This document shows, piece by piece, positions 1 to 12,372 of a DNA stretch of 64,000 bases. This DNA is from Takakia lepidozioides (taxonomy: Eukaryota > Plantae > Bryophyta): assembly GCA_030704615.1 (NCBI GenBank), contig CM060731.1:21018001-21082000 (forward strand), given 5' to 3'. Under the pieces are notes generated by a model. It was not told the DNA's origin. It searched no databases and saw only the letters and a list, made by a program, of their open reading frames with translations. Within the stretch, counting starts at the first letter, position 1, and each line of letters starts with the position of its first letter. The position numbers were made by a program, and so were the translations under genes.

Positions 1-2213
1 CGTAAAGTCTGGAAGCCCGTCATATGTTAATTTGGAGAATGCCCTTGTCGACATGTATGCCAAATGCGGGAGCATCAAGGATGCGCATCAAGTGTTTGAA
101 AGCATGCCCCAAAGAAATGTGGTCTCATGGAATGCCATGATAATAGGATATGCTCAGCATAGGTGTGGTAGGGAGGCTTTTGAAATCTTTCAGCAAATGC
201 AATGCACAGGGTTGATGCCCAATAGGGTCACATTCATTGCATGCTCAATGCGTGTGCCAGATCCCTAGAAAAGGCCAAACAGGTACATGCAGACATGATC
301 GAAGCTGGAATTGTGTCATCTATCATTCTAGAGACTGCCCTTGCTGACATGTATGTCAAATGTGGGAGCATGAAACATGCACAGCAAGTGTTTGACAAAA
401 TGGCTCAACAAGGTGTGGTCTCATGGAATGCCATGATCGGAGGATATGCTCAGCATGGGTGTGGTAGGGAGGCTCTTGAGATGTATCAGCAAATGCAGCA
501 GCAAGGGGTGAGGCCAGACAGGGTCACATTCATTTGCACTGTCAAGGCATGTGCCAGCCTAGGAGCCCTGGAAAAGGGAAAGCAAGTCCATTGTGATATC
601 ATCAAAGCTGGAATTCTATCATATATCAATTTGGAGAATGCCCTGGTTGACATGTATGCCAAATGTGGGAGCATGAAGGATGCACGCCAAGTATTCGACA
701 ATATGGCTCAACGAGATGTGGTCGCATGGAACACTATTATTACTGGATATGTTCAGCATCTGTGTGGTAAAGAGGCTTTGGAGGTCTATGAGCAAATGCA
801 GGTGAAAGGGGTTAGGCCTGACAATGTGACTTTCATTTGCATTCTCAATGCATGTGCCAGCCTCAGAGCCCTCAAAAAGGGCCAACAGGTACATGCTGAC
901 GTCATTAAATCCCAAATTAGGCTGGATATCATATTGGAGACTGCACTTGCTGACATGTATGCCAAATGTGGGAGCATGAAGGATGCACGTCAAGTGTTTG
1001 ACAATATAGTGAAACCAAATGTGATCTCGTGGAGTGTGATGATCACAGGATATGCTCAGCATGGGTTTGGAAGGGAAGCTCTTGAGATCTATGAGCAAAT
1101 GCAACGGGAAGGGATCACGCCTGACAGGGTTGCATTCGTTTCTGTTCTCAATGCGTGTGCCAGCCTGGGGGCCCTGAAAAAAGGCAAACAGGTCCATGCA
1201 GACCTCCTCAAAGCTGGAATTGCACCTGATATCATCTTGGAAACTGCCCTTGCTGACATGTATGCCAAATGTGGTAGTGTAACAGATGCATGTCACGTGT
1301 TCAACAAGATGGCACAGCAAGATGTGATTTCATGGAATGCTATGATTGCAGGATATGGTCAGCATGGGTGGGGTAGGCAGGCCCTGCAACTATTTGAAAA
1401 AATGCAACAGGAAGGCTTGAAGCCAAACAGTATCACCTTTATATCTGTTCTCTCTGCATGTAGCCATGTGGGCCTACTGAACGAAGGCTGTCACTACTTT
1501 GTTTCCATGAGTCAAGATCATAGTCTCACTCCTACAGTGGAGCATTTTGGGTGCATGGTCGACCTTCTTGGCCGTGCAGGCACATGACTTAATTAACAGA
1601 ATGCCAATTGAAGCAGGTGCACCAGTGTGGGGGGCCTTGCTTAGCGCCTGCAGAATTCATGGTGCTATGGAGCTAGCAGAATGTGCAGCAAAACATCTTC
1701 TTCAGTTGGATCCACAGCATGCTGCAAACTATGTGCTGCTATCAAACATCTATTCTGCATCTGACCGGTGGGATGAACAAGCTAAGGTGAGAAAAATGAT
1801 GGAGGACAGAGGGGTCAGAAATGAGCCAGGTTGCAGCTGGGTCAAGGTCGACAACCAGGTGCATACTTTCCTGGTAGACGACAAATTGCATCCACAAATT
1901 GAGGAAATCCATGCTGAGCTGCAGAGGTTATCTAACCGGATGACAGAGGCTGGATATGTGCCTGACAAATGCTTTGTGTGGAGGAGGAACAAAAGGACTT
2001 TCCTCTTTGCTACCATAGTGAAAAGCTGGCCATTGCATTTGGGCTCATCAGCACACGCCCCCTGGGACACCTATCCGAGTTGCGAAGAACCTTCGGGTGT
2101 GTCCCGATTGCCACACAGCCACAAAGTTCATCTCAACGATTGCTGGGCGAGCAATTGTTTAACACAATGCTAACCACTTTCATCACTTCCAAGACTGGAT
2201 TTGTGAAAGGTCA
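1..2213 (+). pseudogene. PLS-class PPR-E-DYW RNA editing factor pseudogene (5' end outside window)
   Basis: Repeated S-P-L motifs (MYAKCGS..DA..VF; SWNAMI.GYAQHG; TFICILNACASL), then P2-L2-S2, E1/E2, PGCSWVKV and [11 protein letters not shown]. It is split over ORFs 32-268, 241-1587, 1547-2173 and 1969-2226. Relative to the intact paralog there is a 1-nt loss near 238, a ~14-nt deletion near 1583, a ~10-nt deletion near 1978 and a shift near 2060. The C-terminus reads FHHFQDWICERS* instead of FHHFEDGVCSCGDYW*. Confidence 0.9.
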
Positions 2214-3356
2214 TAATTTGTCATAACACGTGGAAGCCAAGAGTGAAGTCCACAAAAAGAGTTGAACGCAATGGTGAGTTCTTCACTTTCAGTAAGCTGA
2301 CAGATCGCAAGTAATAGTGGCCAGTGTGAGAAAAACGCTGAAGTGTTGAAGATGGTGATCCCTAAAAGATGGAGGAAGACAGGGCACGGCGATGGTGATT
2401 TTCTTTGTAGTGAATGGGGCACATCCAACATCGATGACATGGGAGCTATACTTGCCATGGGAGCTGCGTTCCAAATGGACATTCTGCAGTCATAAGAAGA
2501 CTGGCTGTTACTATGACAGTAAGAACAATGATTACCTTGTGATCCTCCAAAAAACACAGAATGTTGCAGGCACCGACAGTCAAAGTAGATCACATAATAT
2601 TGGGAAGTTACAAGTATTTCTATGGGAGTCACGTAGCAAAAGCAGTTGTTGGGGGTAAACTCTTAGAATGAAGGGATTAGCCTTTTCCAGGCAAAAGCAA
2701 ACAAACGGGATGTGTCAACTGGAGAGATGAGGATTGCAAGGATGAGACAGACGGAGTCTCGGGTATGGGGCATTCCACAGTTCCGATTTACAGCAAAGAA
2801 CCTTCTAAGAAATTCAATTCCTAGGAATGCAAAATTGGTTATCAAAGGCACAAGGGAGGGGTGACAAGAGATCACTGCACTGATACCATTTCTCCCCAAC
2901 AATTATTTGGAATCCCTCCCCTGGATAGGGGTGTCTTTTAGTTCCCCCCCCACCTTTTTCCCCTGCTACTGAGGATGATTCTCTCTTATGCAGGGAAGTC
3001 AGGAGTCCCTAAAGTAGTCATACACTTGAAGATTTCACCACAAGGGATGTACACTACAAAGGACCAATGGTAAGTGTGCTTGTCACAGGTCCAGTTCAGA
3101 GCCTCAACAAAAGGCTACCAACTATGACTACAAAATTCAGTCTCAAAAGTAAAGATGAGCTACAAGCATGCAACAGATATGACATGCATTTGATGATTTC
3201 ACCCAAAACTCTGAAGCAAACCTGTGCAGGTGTTTACCATGGTTGTGTTTGCATGTATACACGTGTAGAGTTATGGGACGTGAGAACCAAGAGATTATCT
3301 GCAAGGGTTCATCAACAAACACTGCGTCCTAAGAAATTGAATTCAGCTAACTTCTG

Positions 3357-5437
3357 TCAGCCTTGATTCTGAAGAGACTTCAAAACTCCTGCAATCGTGG
3401 ACCAATTGAACCCCCGACGCTGCAGCCATCCTATCATTCGCCGCTTTCGCGCATCATCGGATATACTACCCCCGCGGCCCCACTGCCGACTAGCCTGCAC
3501 CAGGAGATGTTCGCTTGCCTCCTTAGTCATACCCCATTGACGTTCCTCTTCTTCATCCTCAGCAGTGATTTCCTCACTGCTCTCAAACACCTGGTGAAGA
3601 GCTTTCTGGATGTCATCCTGGCTCACACCTCGTCTTTGGAGCTCCTGCTTCCCAGACCCCACTACAATCAGATGACAACTCATGACCGCCGTCAACTGTC
3701 TCTCTTGCTTTGAGCATGCTGCCCCTTTCTCCCTGAAATGCTCTCACAAGTGATGTCAATACCAGTTTTCAATAAACACTTAAACCCTACTACCTGTCCT
3801 TCTCAGCTGTGCGACAGTGCTATGGAATTCTGCACACTGTGGGCATAAAATCTACATTATGCCTGGAGGCTTACTATCAATCAGGTACATCTTTCATGAA
3901 TTTACATGGATTTTGTTCAAAAGCAAGTCATTGCCTGTTTGAGACGCTGAGGCCCCCAGCTTGCTGCACGCCATCTGGAACGTGCAAATACAGCTGCATA
4001 CTCTAAATCACTCTGCAACCCACTGCCACAACCACCCAACCATTCTTTCAATTGCTCTCCATTTGTGAGACCCACAAAGCTTGTTAGCTCGTCATTCCCT
4101 TACACATACTACAAAACTTCTAAAACACCCAAAGCATGCGACTAGATGAAAAGAGCTTAAAAGCTCAGCGAACAAAAATTGGTTTCTTCTCCCCTTCACG
4201 GGCTGGCTTCTTCTTGGCAGGCCTTCACGAAGCAGTGAATTAAGTGGGAAGCCAAAAAAATCTTTATTTTCGGAGCGCATGTTTTGCAAGCATGAAGCTG
4301 TCGTATAATTTGATTTGACGTATGACTAAACCTCTTTTTGCAAAAAGCCACTCCACGAAATGAAAGTCTCATCTTGTGTGTTGGCTGGAGTAACAATAGA
4401 GGACTGAGAGCACCACTGTGCGCTATGCACCTGGATCTGAAGTTCTTAACAACAAGTACTACCTGCAAGACATAGCAACTATCCTCATGAAGAAGTGGGG
4501 ATTTAGAGAGTGTCACCATCTTTGAAGGTCAGCTAAGGTAGATTCAATGACATCTGGGGAACTGTTCCTTTCAGAGAGCTTCAGTCTCAGTTTGGCAGCT
4601 GTACGTGGCCTGCCATCATCAGCCATACCAATAACCTAAATAAGCCACTTCCACGAACATTTGCCCAGCTCAAATGTAGATTCCAAAAACCAGGACAACC
4701 AGTGGCAGCATATTCAGGCACCCAGCAGTATTGTACCCACTATACATAGAAATTTAACCATTTCCTCATGACAATAGGAGGGAGAGAGAAAGAAACTGAG
4801 TCATCATTACGATCAAAAGGGCTTACGCAATTGCCAGCAGTCGAAGAGCATAGTTCTTTGCAGCAGCTATTTCTTTCTGGTTGACAGAGTCTCCCTCTTT
4901 CAAACCCTTTGTCTCTTTGATTAACTCTCCTGGCGTCTCATATGGATCACTTGCATCATCTGTCATATCTCCGTTTAGACCCTCAAACTGACGTCCGTCC
5001 CCGTAAAAAATTATTGGGGCCACAGATTTGCACCCTGCAATGTGCATCCAGGCATCCTCTGCTTGCACCTTGTGGTTTCTGCTTGTGTCTTCTGCTTTTA
5101 GCAACTCGGTATGTGCAGAGTTCTGTTCTGCTTTCATCACTTCTTGCCCCTCCCGCCAAAAATCTACATCTCTGTCCACCATCTCCCTCTTCTGCCCAGA
5201 GGTCTCTTTCTCTTTTGTGGCCACCCCTTTCTCTTTTGACCTCCCCCATCGCTGTCTTTTTGGAGGATACTGATGTGGTTGTGATTGGCTGGTTTCTGAA
5301 CTTTTCCAAATCCCCTTCTCGGAAGCCTCGTTTGACAAAGCCCTTGAAGTAGGTGTAGGGTTGTAACGAACAGGACCCAACTCCCCTTCAATGGACTTGC
5401 TGTACACAGTGAACGCTCCCCCAACTCTGCGCACCAT
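3357..5437 (-). CDS. RECX: RecX-family regulatory protein (plant organellar type)
   Basis: Exons 5437-4827, 4609-4517, 4022-3935 and 3644-3357 join in phase to give AKNYALRLLAIA-PRTAAKLRLKLSERN..VIESTLADLQRC-GLQSDLEYAAVFARSRWRAASWGPQRLKQ-ELQRRGVSQDDI...KRRMIGWLQRRGFNW, the three-helix repeats of RecX. The third intron has a GC donor. The start codon is uncertain and an upstream exon is possible. Confidence 0.85.
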
Positions 5438-6769
5438 GGCTTCAACACACGTTGTCCTAGTCAGATCGCAGAATCCCACCTTTTATCTTTGGAAAAAATA
5501 CAGAACCATTGCTTGTCTAGCATTATTGGAAGGCCAGCGGCCCAAACCACTCAGCCTGATGGGAATCATCATAGCGAAAATTCGCGTACAAGCTACCGTT
5601 TGGGCTCTCCCATCAAGACAAGGATTGTGTAATCTTTCTAGTTAAGACACCGATTCCTGACGATTTGCAGATCTAAAGCAGCCAATTGTTTTTCGATACC
5701 ATCTCCTCCAGCTGCTATTTCTCTACCTCGAAATGCTTCGAATCCACGTGGGGAAAAGGAACGGGCGAAAATTTTGATCCTCGAGTCGTTGGGCACACCC
5801 AAGCACTTTTTGAAATGAGAAAATAGATCGCAACGATCACGGGCTTTTCAAATCAAGTCACAATTCAGGAAGTGCCTACTAGATAAACACTGAAAAATAA
5901 AACCATCCACAGAGAAGGAAAGTGACGGCACTCAAGAAACTTACGAGAGGACACCAACAGCCTGTGTGCATCCATCATCTTCCGCAACAATAATCCATCA
6001 ACCATCCTCCACACGGTGAGCGACCTTGACTACACTGCATTGCCAAGTGGGCTCGTTCAAACCGCAACCACCGAGCACTCTAAGCCTGAAATGCAGGCCC
6101 CCTGATTCTTTCCGAATTCCAAGAAGACCATGAACTACTGGTAAGTTAGGGATTCATCGTTTGTCATTGTACGAAGCCTTTTGAATGTAAACCCTTATAT
6201 GCCTCCATAGCCAAGGAAGGCTATCACGGAGACCCAAAAACTCTACCTCCCATGGACGACTTCCAAGAAAAGGTGTCTAGTGTCTACCGTGCAACCAGAT
6301 ACCACAAGATACCACTTACCGAATCGGCAGAAGTGTTTCTCTCTTGTACATTGGGCCTTTTCTATTGGAAAGCGTAGGTAGGTACAGGGCAGTGTAGAAG
6401 AGGTGTAGAAGACACTTCAGTACGTGGCAAAAGTTGCGTCTCTCACGCAGATCTTCTCAAAGAAAAGGAAGAGTCCGAAAGAGAAAAAGGTCGTGCACAC
6501 AACTTAAACGGAGGCTTATGATGACAGGAGAGTCTTACATCTCACCCTTATGCAGAATGCAGTTGTGGATTGCTGGGGACAGGTAAAAATGTGATGGAGG
6601 TCATCAACAACTGAACAAGCATAGCTTCAGCTTCTTGGCAGGGCTTAGCGACACAAGACCGTTTGCTCTTTCTTTGGACTTCCATTCTCGTTGTTCGTCA
6701 AGGCTTTGATGGGGTTCTCCGTGTACTTCGATAATAACAACAGTAGTTATATTTCTCATTGGCACAGGG

Positions 6770-9700
6770 ATGGTGGCGTCCTCCAGCGCTCTACTGAGCG
6801 GGCAGGTAAACGCCATGCCCAACGCGCTGTCTTTTTCTTGCTGTGAATGGGCGGCAGGCCTCAAATCACCCAGCAGATTCAAGGCTGAAGTTGTGGAGCA
6901 GAAATGGGCATCCACTTTGGCAATGCCCGACCCGAGTTCCTTGCACGTGATTGCTATGACGACTCCTCAGGCCTTAGGTAGTCCGAAGAAAGGTATTCAC
7001 ATGTAGCCCTTAGAGTGTTTGAACTTAAAGATTGTTTAACTCCAGCGGATTTACAGAGACTACTGAACGCAGGGCGAACAACGAGACAACGAGACATAGA
7101 GGTAAGCTTATTCCTTAATGAGCTAGATACCACAGATGCAACACGTTGCCGAGCCACTTGAATTGACCCTGAGGGATGTAGTCATTGACTGTTCCCTGCG
7201 ATTGGGAGCAATGTTGTACCCTTGAGGGCGTAATCCTCCCGGGAAATCAACCCTCCTGGAGCTGGTTTGGAATTCAATCCATCGGGGTGTTGTAAACTCA
7301 GCCTGCACTTGCTGACTCACAGCCAACACAATCCTATTACTGGGAATTGAGCATTGATGTAGGGGCTGCTATAGACACGCGAGGAAACACAATGTCCATT
7401 CCAGTAGTGCCACACTGGCCCAAGCTGACACAGGAGTCTCAAATGTATGTGATTGAACCAGCAGTCACACCTGACCTGCGAAGAGAGAGATATAGAGGTT
7501 AATTTTATGGAAAGCCCACCCTCAAAAGAGAGTAGTAACCCCCCCATATGAAGAGAGGCTAGTTGGAATGTCTACTATCACATCTTCTGTCATCTATCTC
7601 TCTTATGGAAAGCCTGGCTCGGTCAAGTCAGAGCTGCTAAGCAGTAGCACTCCTCAGTAGAGACTGGTTAGTAGCTGGCTAATTCTCATGTTCTCACAGT
7701 TCTTGCATGCAGCTCAAGCAATGAGCATAGAACAAATTTGGCAGAAGTTCTTCTCAGATCCTTCACAGTGGTGGGACAACAGGTCTGATAAGGTGAGTCT
7801 ATTTCATTTAGACATGAAAGAATTTACTCATCAGATGTTGTTTGCTGAAGCCTATGTAGCCCTGAAAAAGGGCAAGGAAGTCCATGCTGACATCATTAAA
7901 GCTGGAATTGCCTCATACATAAATTTGGTCTGTACATTACTGAAAATTTCATTGGACAAAAACCAGGAATGGCCTTTTACTTCTGGTGTCAGTAGGTTGT
8001 TCTTCCTTGTAGCAAGGCTTTGGTTAACCGGCTCAGCTGCAGACTTCTGGTTTTACAGAAAAGTCCAAGATCGCCAGACTTCACACATAAGCACACAAAG
8101 GAGGTCCTGTGGATTGAGGGTTGGTGGAACCCTTCTTGGGTGAAAGAAGAGCTAGCTGCTATGATACAAGGTGGAGCACAATCTGGTGATGGCATGAATG
8201 TCAATGTACACCATGGAGATGCAGGCCATAGATACAATGGGTATTGTTTCGATCTTGATTTAAGTTTCATCTCAAACAGACCAATTTGGTACAAGACATT
8301 GGAAAAGTAGATGAGAACCCTAGGTTTGTCAGCCATGCATACGGAGCAAGGAACCTATCTTCATGGAGACATCCCTAATTTGAAGAATTGCTGAGATGAA
8401 CATTGTGAGTTTCAGTGCAACGGCTTTAACTGGGAGTTTTGACTGATGCAGGAGGGTATTGTTAAGTCAGACACACTCGTCTGTTGGACATCAGACTGGT
8501 GGCAGAGTAAGCACCCCCACCGTCACCGCTGCTTTGGAAAGAGGACCAAGAGAGGGGGTCAACAAGAACTCTTCTGACAGAAGTGATATGAGGACACTAT
8601 GTAAGACAGGATGTCTGAAAGATGCACTGTACGTGTTAAACCAACAAGGCATTCGAGCAGACTCCCATGTGTATGTGTGTCTCTTGCAGGAGTGCATAAA
8701 GAAGAAAGACCTAGCAGGTGGAAGGCAGGTGCACTCCCACATGACACGAACTGGATGCAAGCCAAACATATTTCTACTCAACACTCTTGTGAATATGTAT
8801 GCCAAGTGTGGGAGCTTGGTGGATGCACATCAACTGTTTGCAAAAATGTCAGAACGAAATTTATTCACATGGACCATAATGATAGCAGGATATGCGAAGC
8901 ATGGGTGTGGTAAGGAGGCATTCGAGCTTTATGAGAAAATGCAACAGGAAGGTGTGATTCAAAACAAAGTGACGTTCATTTGCATTCTCAATGCGTGTGC
9001 CAGCCTAGGGGCCCTGGCAAAGGGAAAACAGGTCCATGCTGACATCATCAAAGTTGGTATTATGCCATTTGTTAGTTTGGAGAATACCCTTATTGACATG
9101 TATGCCAAATGCGGGAGCATGAAGGATGCGTGTCTGGTTTTCAAAACTATGGCTCAACGAAATGCCGTTTCATGGAATGCCATGATTGCAGGATATGCTC
9201 AGCATGGGTGTGGTAGGGATGCTTTTGAGATCTATCTGCAGATGCGACAGGAGGGAGTGTTACCCACCAAGGTCACATTCATCTGCATTCTAAATGCGTG
9301 TGTCTGCCTAGGAGCCCTGGAAAAGGGCAAAGAGGTCCATGCTGACATCATAAAAGCTGGCATTGTCTCTGATATCATTCTGGATACTTCTCTTGCTGAC
9401 ATGTATGCCAAATGTGGAAGCATGAAAGACGCTCGTCAAGTGTTCGACAGTATGACTCAACAAGATGTGGTCTCATGGAATGTCATGGTCGCAGGATATG
9501 CTCAAGATGGGTGTTGTAGAGAGGCTTTAATGGTGTATGAGCAAATGCATTGTGAAGGAACAAAGCCTGACAGAGTCACGTTCACTTCTGTGCTCAATGC
9601 ATGTGCTAGCCTAGGAGCCCTGCAAAAGGGAAGACAGGTCCATGCGGACATCGTTAAAGCTAGAATTGCATCGTATATTAATTTTGAGACTGCCCTGCTT

Positions 9701-10693
9701 GACATGTATGCAAAATGTGGGAGCATGAAGGATGCACGCCAGGTCTTCGACAATATGGCTCAACGAGATGTCATTGCATGGAGTGCAATGATAACAGGCT
9801 GTGCCCAGCATGGGTGTGGTAAGGAGGCCCTGCTACTGTTCGAACAAATGCAACAGGCAGGCTTGAAGCCAAACCCTATCACCTTTATCGCTGTTCTCTC
9901 TGCATGTAGCCATGTCGGCCTACTCGATGAAGGCCATCACTATTTTAGTTCCATGACTGAAGACTATGGCCTCAGGCCTACAGTGGAGCATTTCGGGTGC
10001 ATGGTGGACCTTCTTGGCCGTGCTGGACGGCTGGATGAGGCAGAGGACCTCATTAACAAAATTCCAATCGAACCTGGTGCTTTGATTTGGGGGGCCTTAC
10101 TTGGTGCCTGTAAAATTCATGGTGATGTGAAGGTAGCAGAACGTGCGGTAAAAGGCATTCTCAAGAGTGATCCACAACAGGCTGGAGCTTATGTGCTCCT
10201 ATCCAACATCTATGCTGCAGCTGGCAGGTGGGACGATAAAGCAAAGGTCAGAAAATTGATGGAGGAAAGGGGTGTTAGAAAGGAACCAGGGCACAGCTGC
10301 ATTGAGGTCAACAACCAGGTCCATACATTTATTGTAGCAGACAAGTTGCATCCACAAATTGACAAAATTCATGCTGAACTGGAGAGATTGTCTGCGCACA
10401 TGAAAGAGGCTGGGTATGTACCTGACACACACTTTGTCTTAAATGATATGGAGGAGGAGCAAAAGGAATATTCTCTTTGCCACCACAGTGAGAAGCTGGC
10501 CATTGCTTTTGGGCTCATCAGCACACCCCCTGGGACACCTATCCGCATCATCAAGAACCTTCGGGTGTGTGGTGACTGCCACCTCGCCACCAAATTTATC
10601 TCGAAGATTGTTGAGCGAGCAATTATTGTGCGCGATGCCAACCGCTTTCATCACTTTGAAGATGGGGTTTGTTCTTGTGGAGATTATTGGTGA
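6770..10693 (+). CDS. PLS-class PPR-E1-E2-DYW (PG-type) RNA editing factor with an N-terminal OSB-type PDF motif, ~908 aa
   Basis: Exons 6770-6992, 7713-7792, 8059-8240 and 8452-10693 have GT-AG introns of phase 1, 0 and 2, all matching (2727 nt). Order: Ser/Ala-rich N-terminus; QIWQKFFSDPSQWWDNRSDK|KSPRSPDFTHKHTKEVLWIEGWWNPSWVKEEL; ~15 PLS motifs; E1/E2; DYW domain with HSEKL, CGDC and terminal DYW. The PPR-DYW part (8459-10693) is certain; the 5' exons are predicted. Confidence 0.85.
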
Positions 10694-10945
10694 CACTAGT
10701 GACATCGATGAAAGAAAGTGGCCACTGCAGATGTGAGGGGGAACTTTTTGTCGCTTTCTCTGAGCTGCCCATGGTGATGATGACATGTGAAGTTGAAGAG
10801 CCGCAGTCAAAGGAGACCTTGTTGTGATTCGTCCAACCATCTTGCTAAGAATAATGGGCATGAAGAAAAGTTCGAGATGAAAAACTTTCACCTAAGAAAT
10901 TTGAACAAGGAGATCCCCCAAACATTGAGGAAGACTCGGTACAGA

Positions 10946-12372
10946 TTGTACTCATAAGACGTTATTTGCTGTAGCCTTGTGGCCATTGACCCCGCGCCCA
11001 GTTTGAGCGGGAACAAAAGGGACAAGAACCTACCTCTGTCAGGGGCTGACGTTGGTAGTAAGACTTACCTCCATATATAGAATTAATCCGGGTTTTCCAG
11101 ATATCCTCTAGAAATCCCTTCACACAGGCATCAATCTGCTGTGTGTGATTTGCCCAAAAACTAGGCCTCAGGAGGGCCTGGGCTTTTGGCTCAGCCTCGA
11201 GACTTTCAAAGTTGGTAAACAGGGGTACAGGCTCAATTCCCTTAATAGATTTGAAGAGAGCGTCTCTTTGGTGAGAGAACCCCGGACAGTGTATCAGAAA
11301 ATGAATACTGTCTTCAGATTGCCCACACAACGGGCAATTACACTCTCCCTTTCCTCTCTGCTTCTGTTTGCTGTTCAAAGGTAGGCTTCCTGCCCTGAGT
11401 TTTAAATTTCAGTCTAGTGCCGAGAGTGGGTAGACCCTTGAGGTCATCCAAGATGTCCTCCCCATGTCACAGACTGGAAACAAGTTCAGGGAAGTTTTCT
11501 GCCTAACTTCATTTTCATCAGACAATCTCATGGCAACAGACATGGCTGAGGACACTACAGCCCTCTAAGTCAGATTTATCCAGCAGGGTCAAGACTTGCG
11601 GATCCAGGTCCAGGTCCTTGAGGATCTCTTCTACTCTCTTCTGCCAGGACTTAGCCTGTTTGACAGGGCGGTCCTGTTTCCAAGATATAGAGTCGATTAA
11701 CTTAGGATATCTGGTGTTGGGCATATGTTGCAGCTGACCCCACCATCTGACCTTGAATTCATCTCGTCGGGAGCTTAAGGACGGAATGCCAAACTCACCC
11801 CGAACAGCCACATTGGCTGTTTTGGAGCATGCTGACATACACTCCTTAAGCACCCCCACTTGAATGGATTCTAGAGACTTAGCCTGGTTGGAGTTATCAA
11901 CCCATATAGCTGATCCGTACTCCAAGGCAGGTCTAATAACGTGACAAAGCATGGTTTTCTTAACCTCAGAGTTGACCCCTCTGCAGTGGAAAAATTAAGT
12001 GAGCCCCAGAGCTTTGCCCTTGCCAGTTTGAACAACTTTCCGGATATGTGCATCCCAATTACAATTGGAGGAGAACTCAACGCCCAGGTAAGTGTAGGAA
12101 GGGAGGACCGGGATCTCTTGGCTACCCCACTGCCACTTAAGATCACTTCCTCCCTCTCCTCTGTCGTTGAATGCTACCACTGCACATTTGCTGACATTAG
12201 CCTCTAGCCCCCAAAGATCAAAGTATCTCTTCGCGCAATCAATCAACTCCTGGAGATTGGTTGGTGTCTCCCCTATGCCTGCGAAGTCATCCGCAAACAT
12301 AAGGGCCGGTATGGTGGTATCACCCACCCTTAACCCAAATCCCTCACTTTCCACATCCTCGAGGAGTTGATT
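10946..12372 (-). mobile_element. 5'-truncated, degenerate non-LTR retrotransposon (RT C-terminal half plus CCHC finger; RTE/RTEX-like)
   Basis: ORF pieces IPALMFADDFAG..YFDLWGLEANVSKC..YTYLGVEF, VIRPALEYGSAIW and CPLCGQSEDSIHFLIHC, separated by frameshifts. Flanked by a perfect 13-bp direct repeat GACTCGGTACAGA at 10933-10945 and 12373-12385. Confidence 0.9.

Noticed and set aside
2392-2658. ORF containing TGCYYDSK (OCRE-like)
   Set aside because: A single short motif with no splice or domain support.
7688-8143. 151-aa ORF as a stand-alone gene
   Set aside because: It reads through a strong donor (AAG|GTGAGT at 7793) and holds only half of the PDF motif; it is better explained as exon plus intron of the PPR-DYW gene.
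10270-10693. Possible U-to-C (DYW:KP) editing factor
   Set aside because: The domain has a PG box, HSEK and terminal DYW, i.e. the canonical C-to-U type.
486-10891. Many minus-strand and off-frame ORFs over the PPR genes
   Set aside because: They are shadows of the repetitive PPR coding sequence and have no independent motifs.
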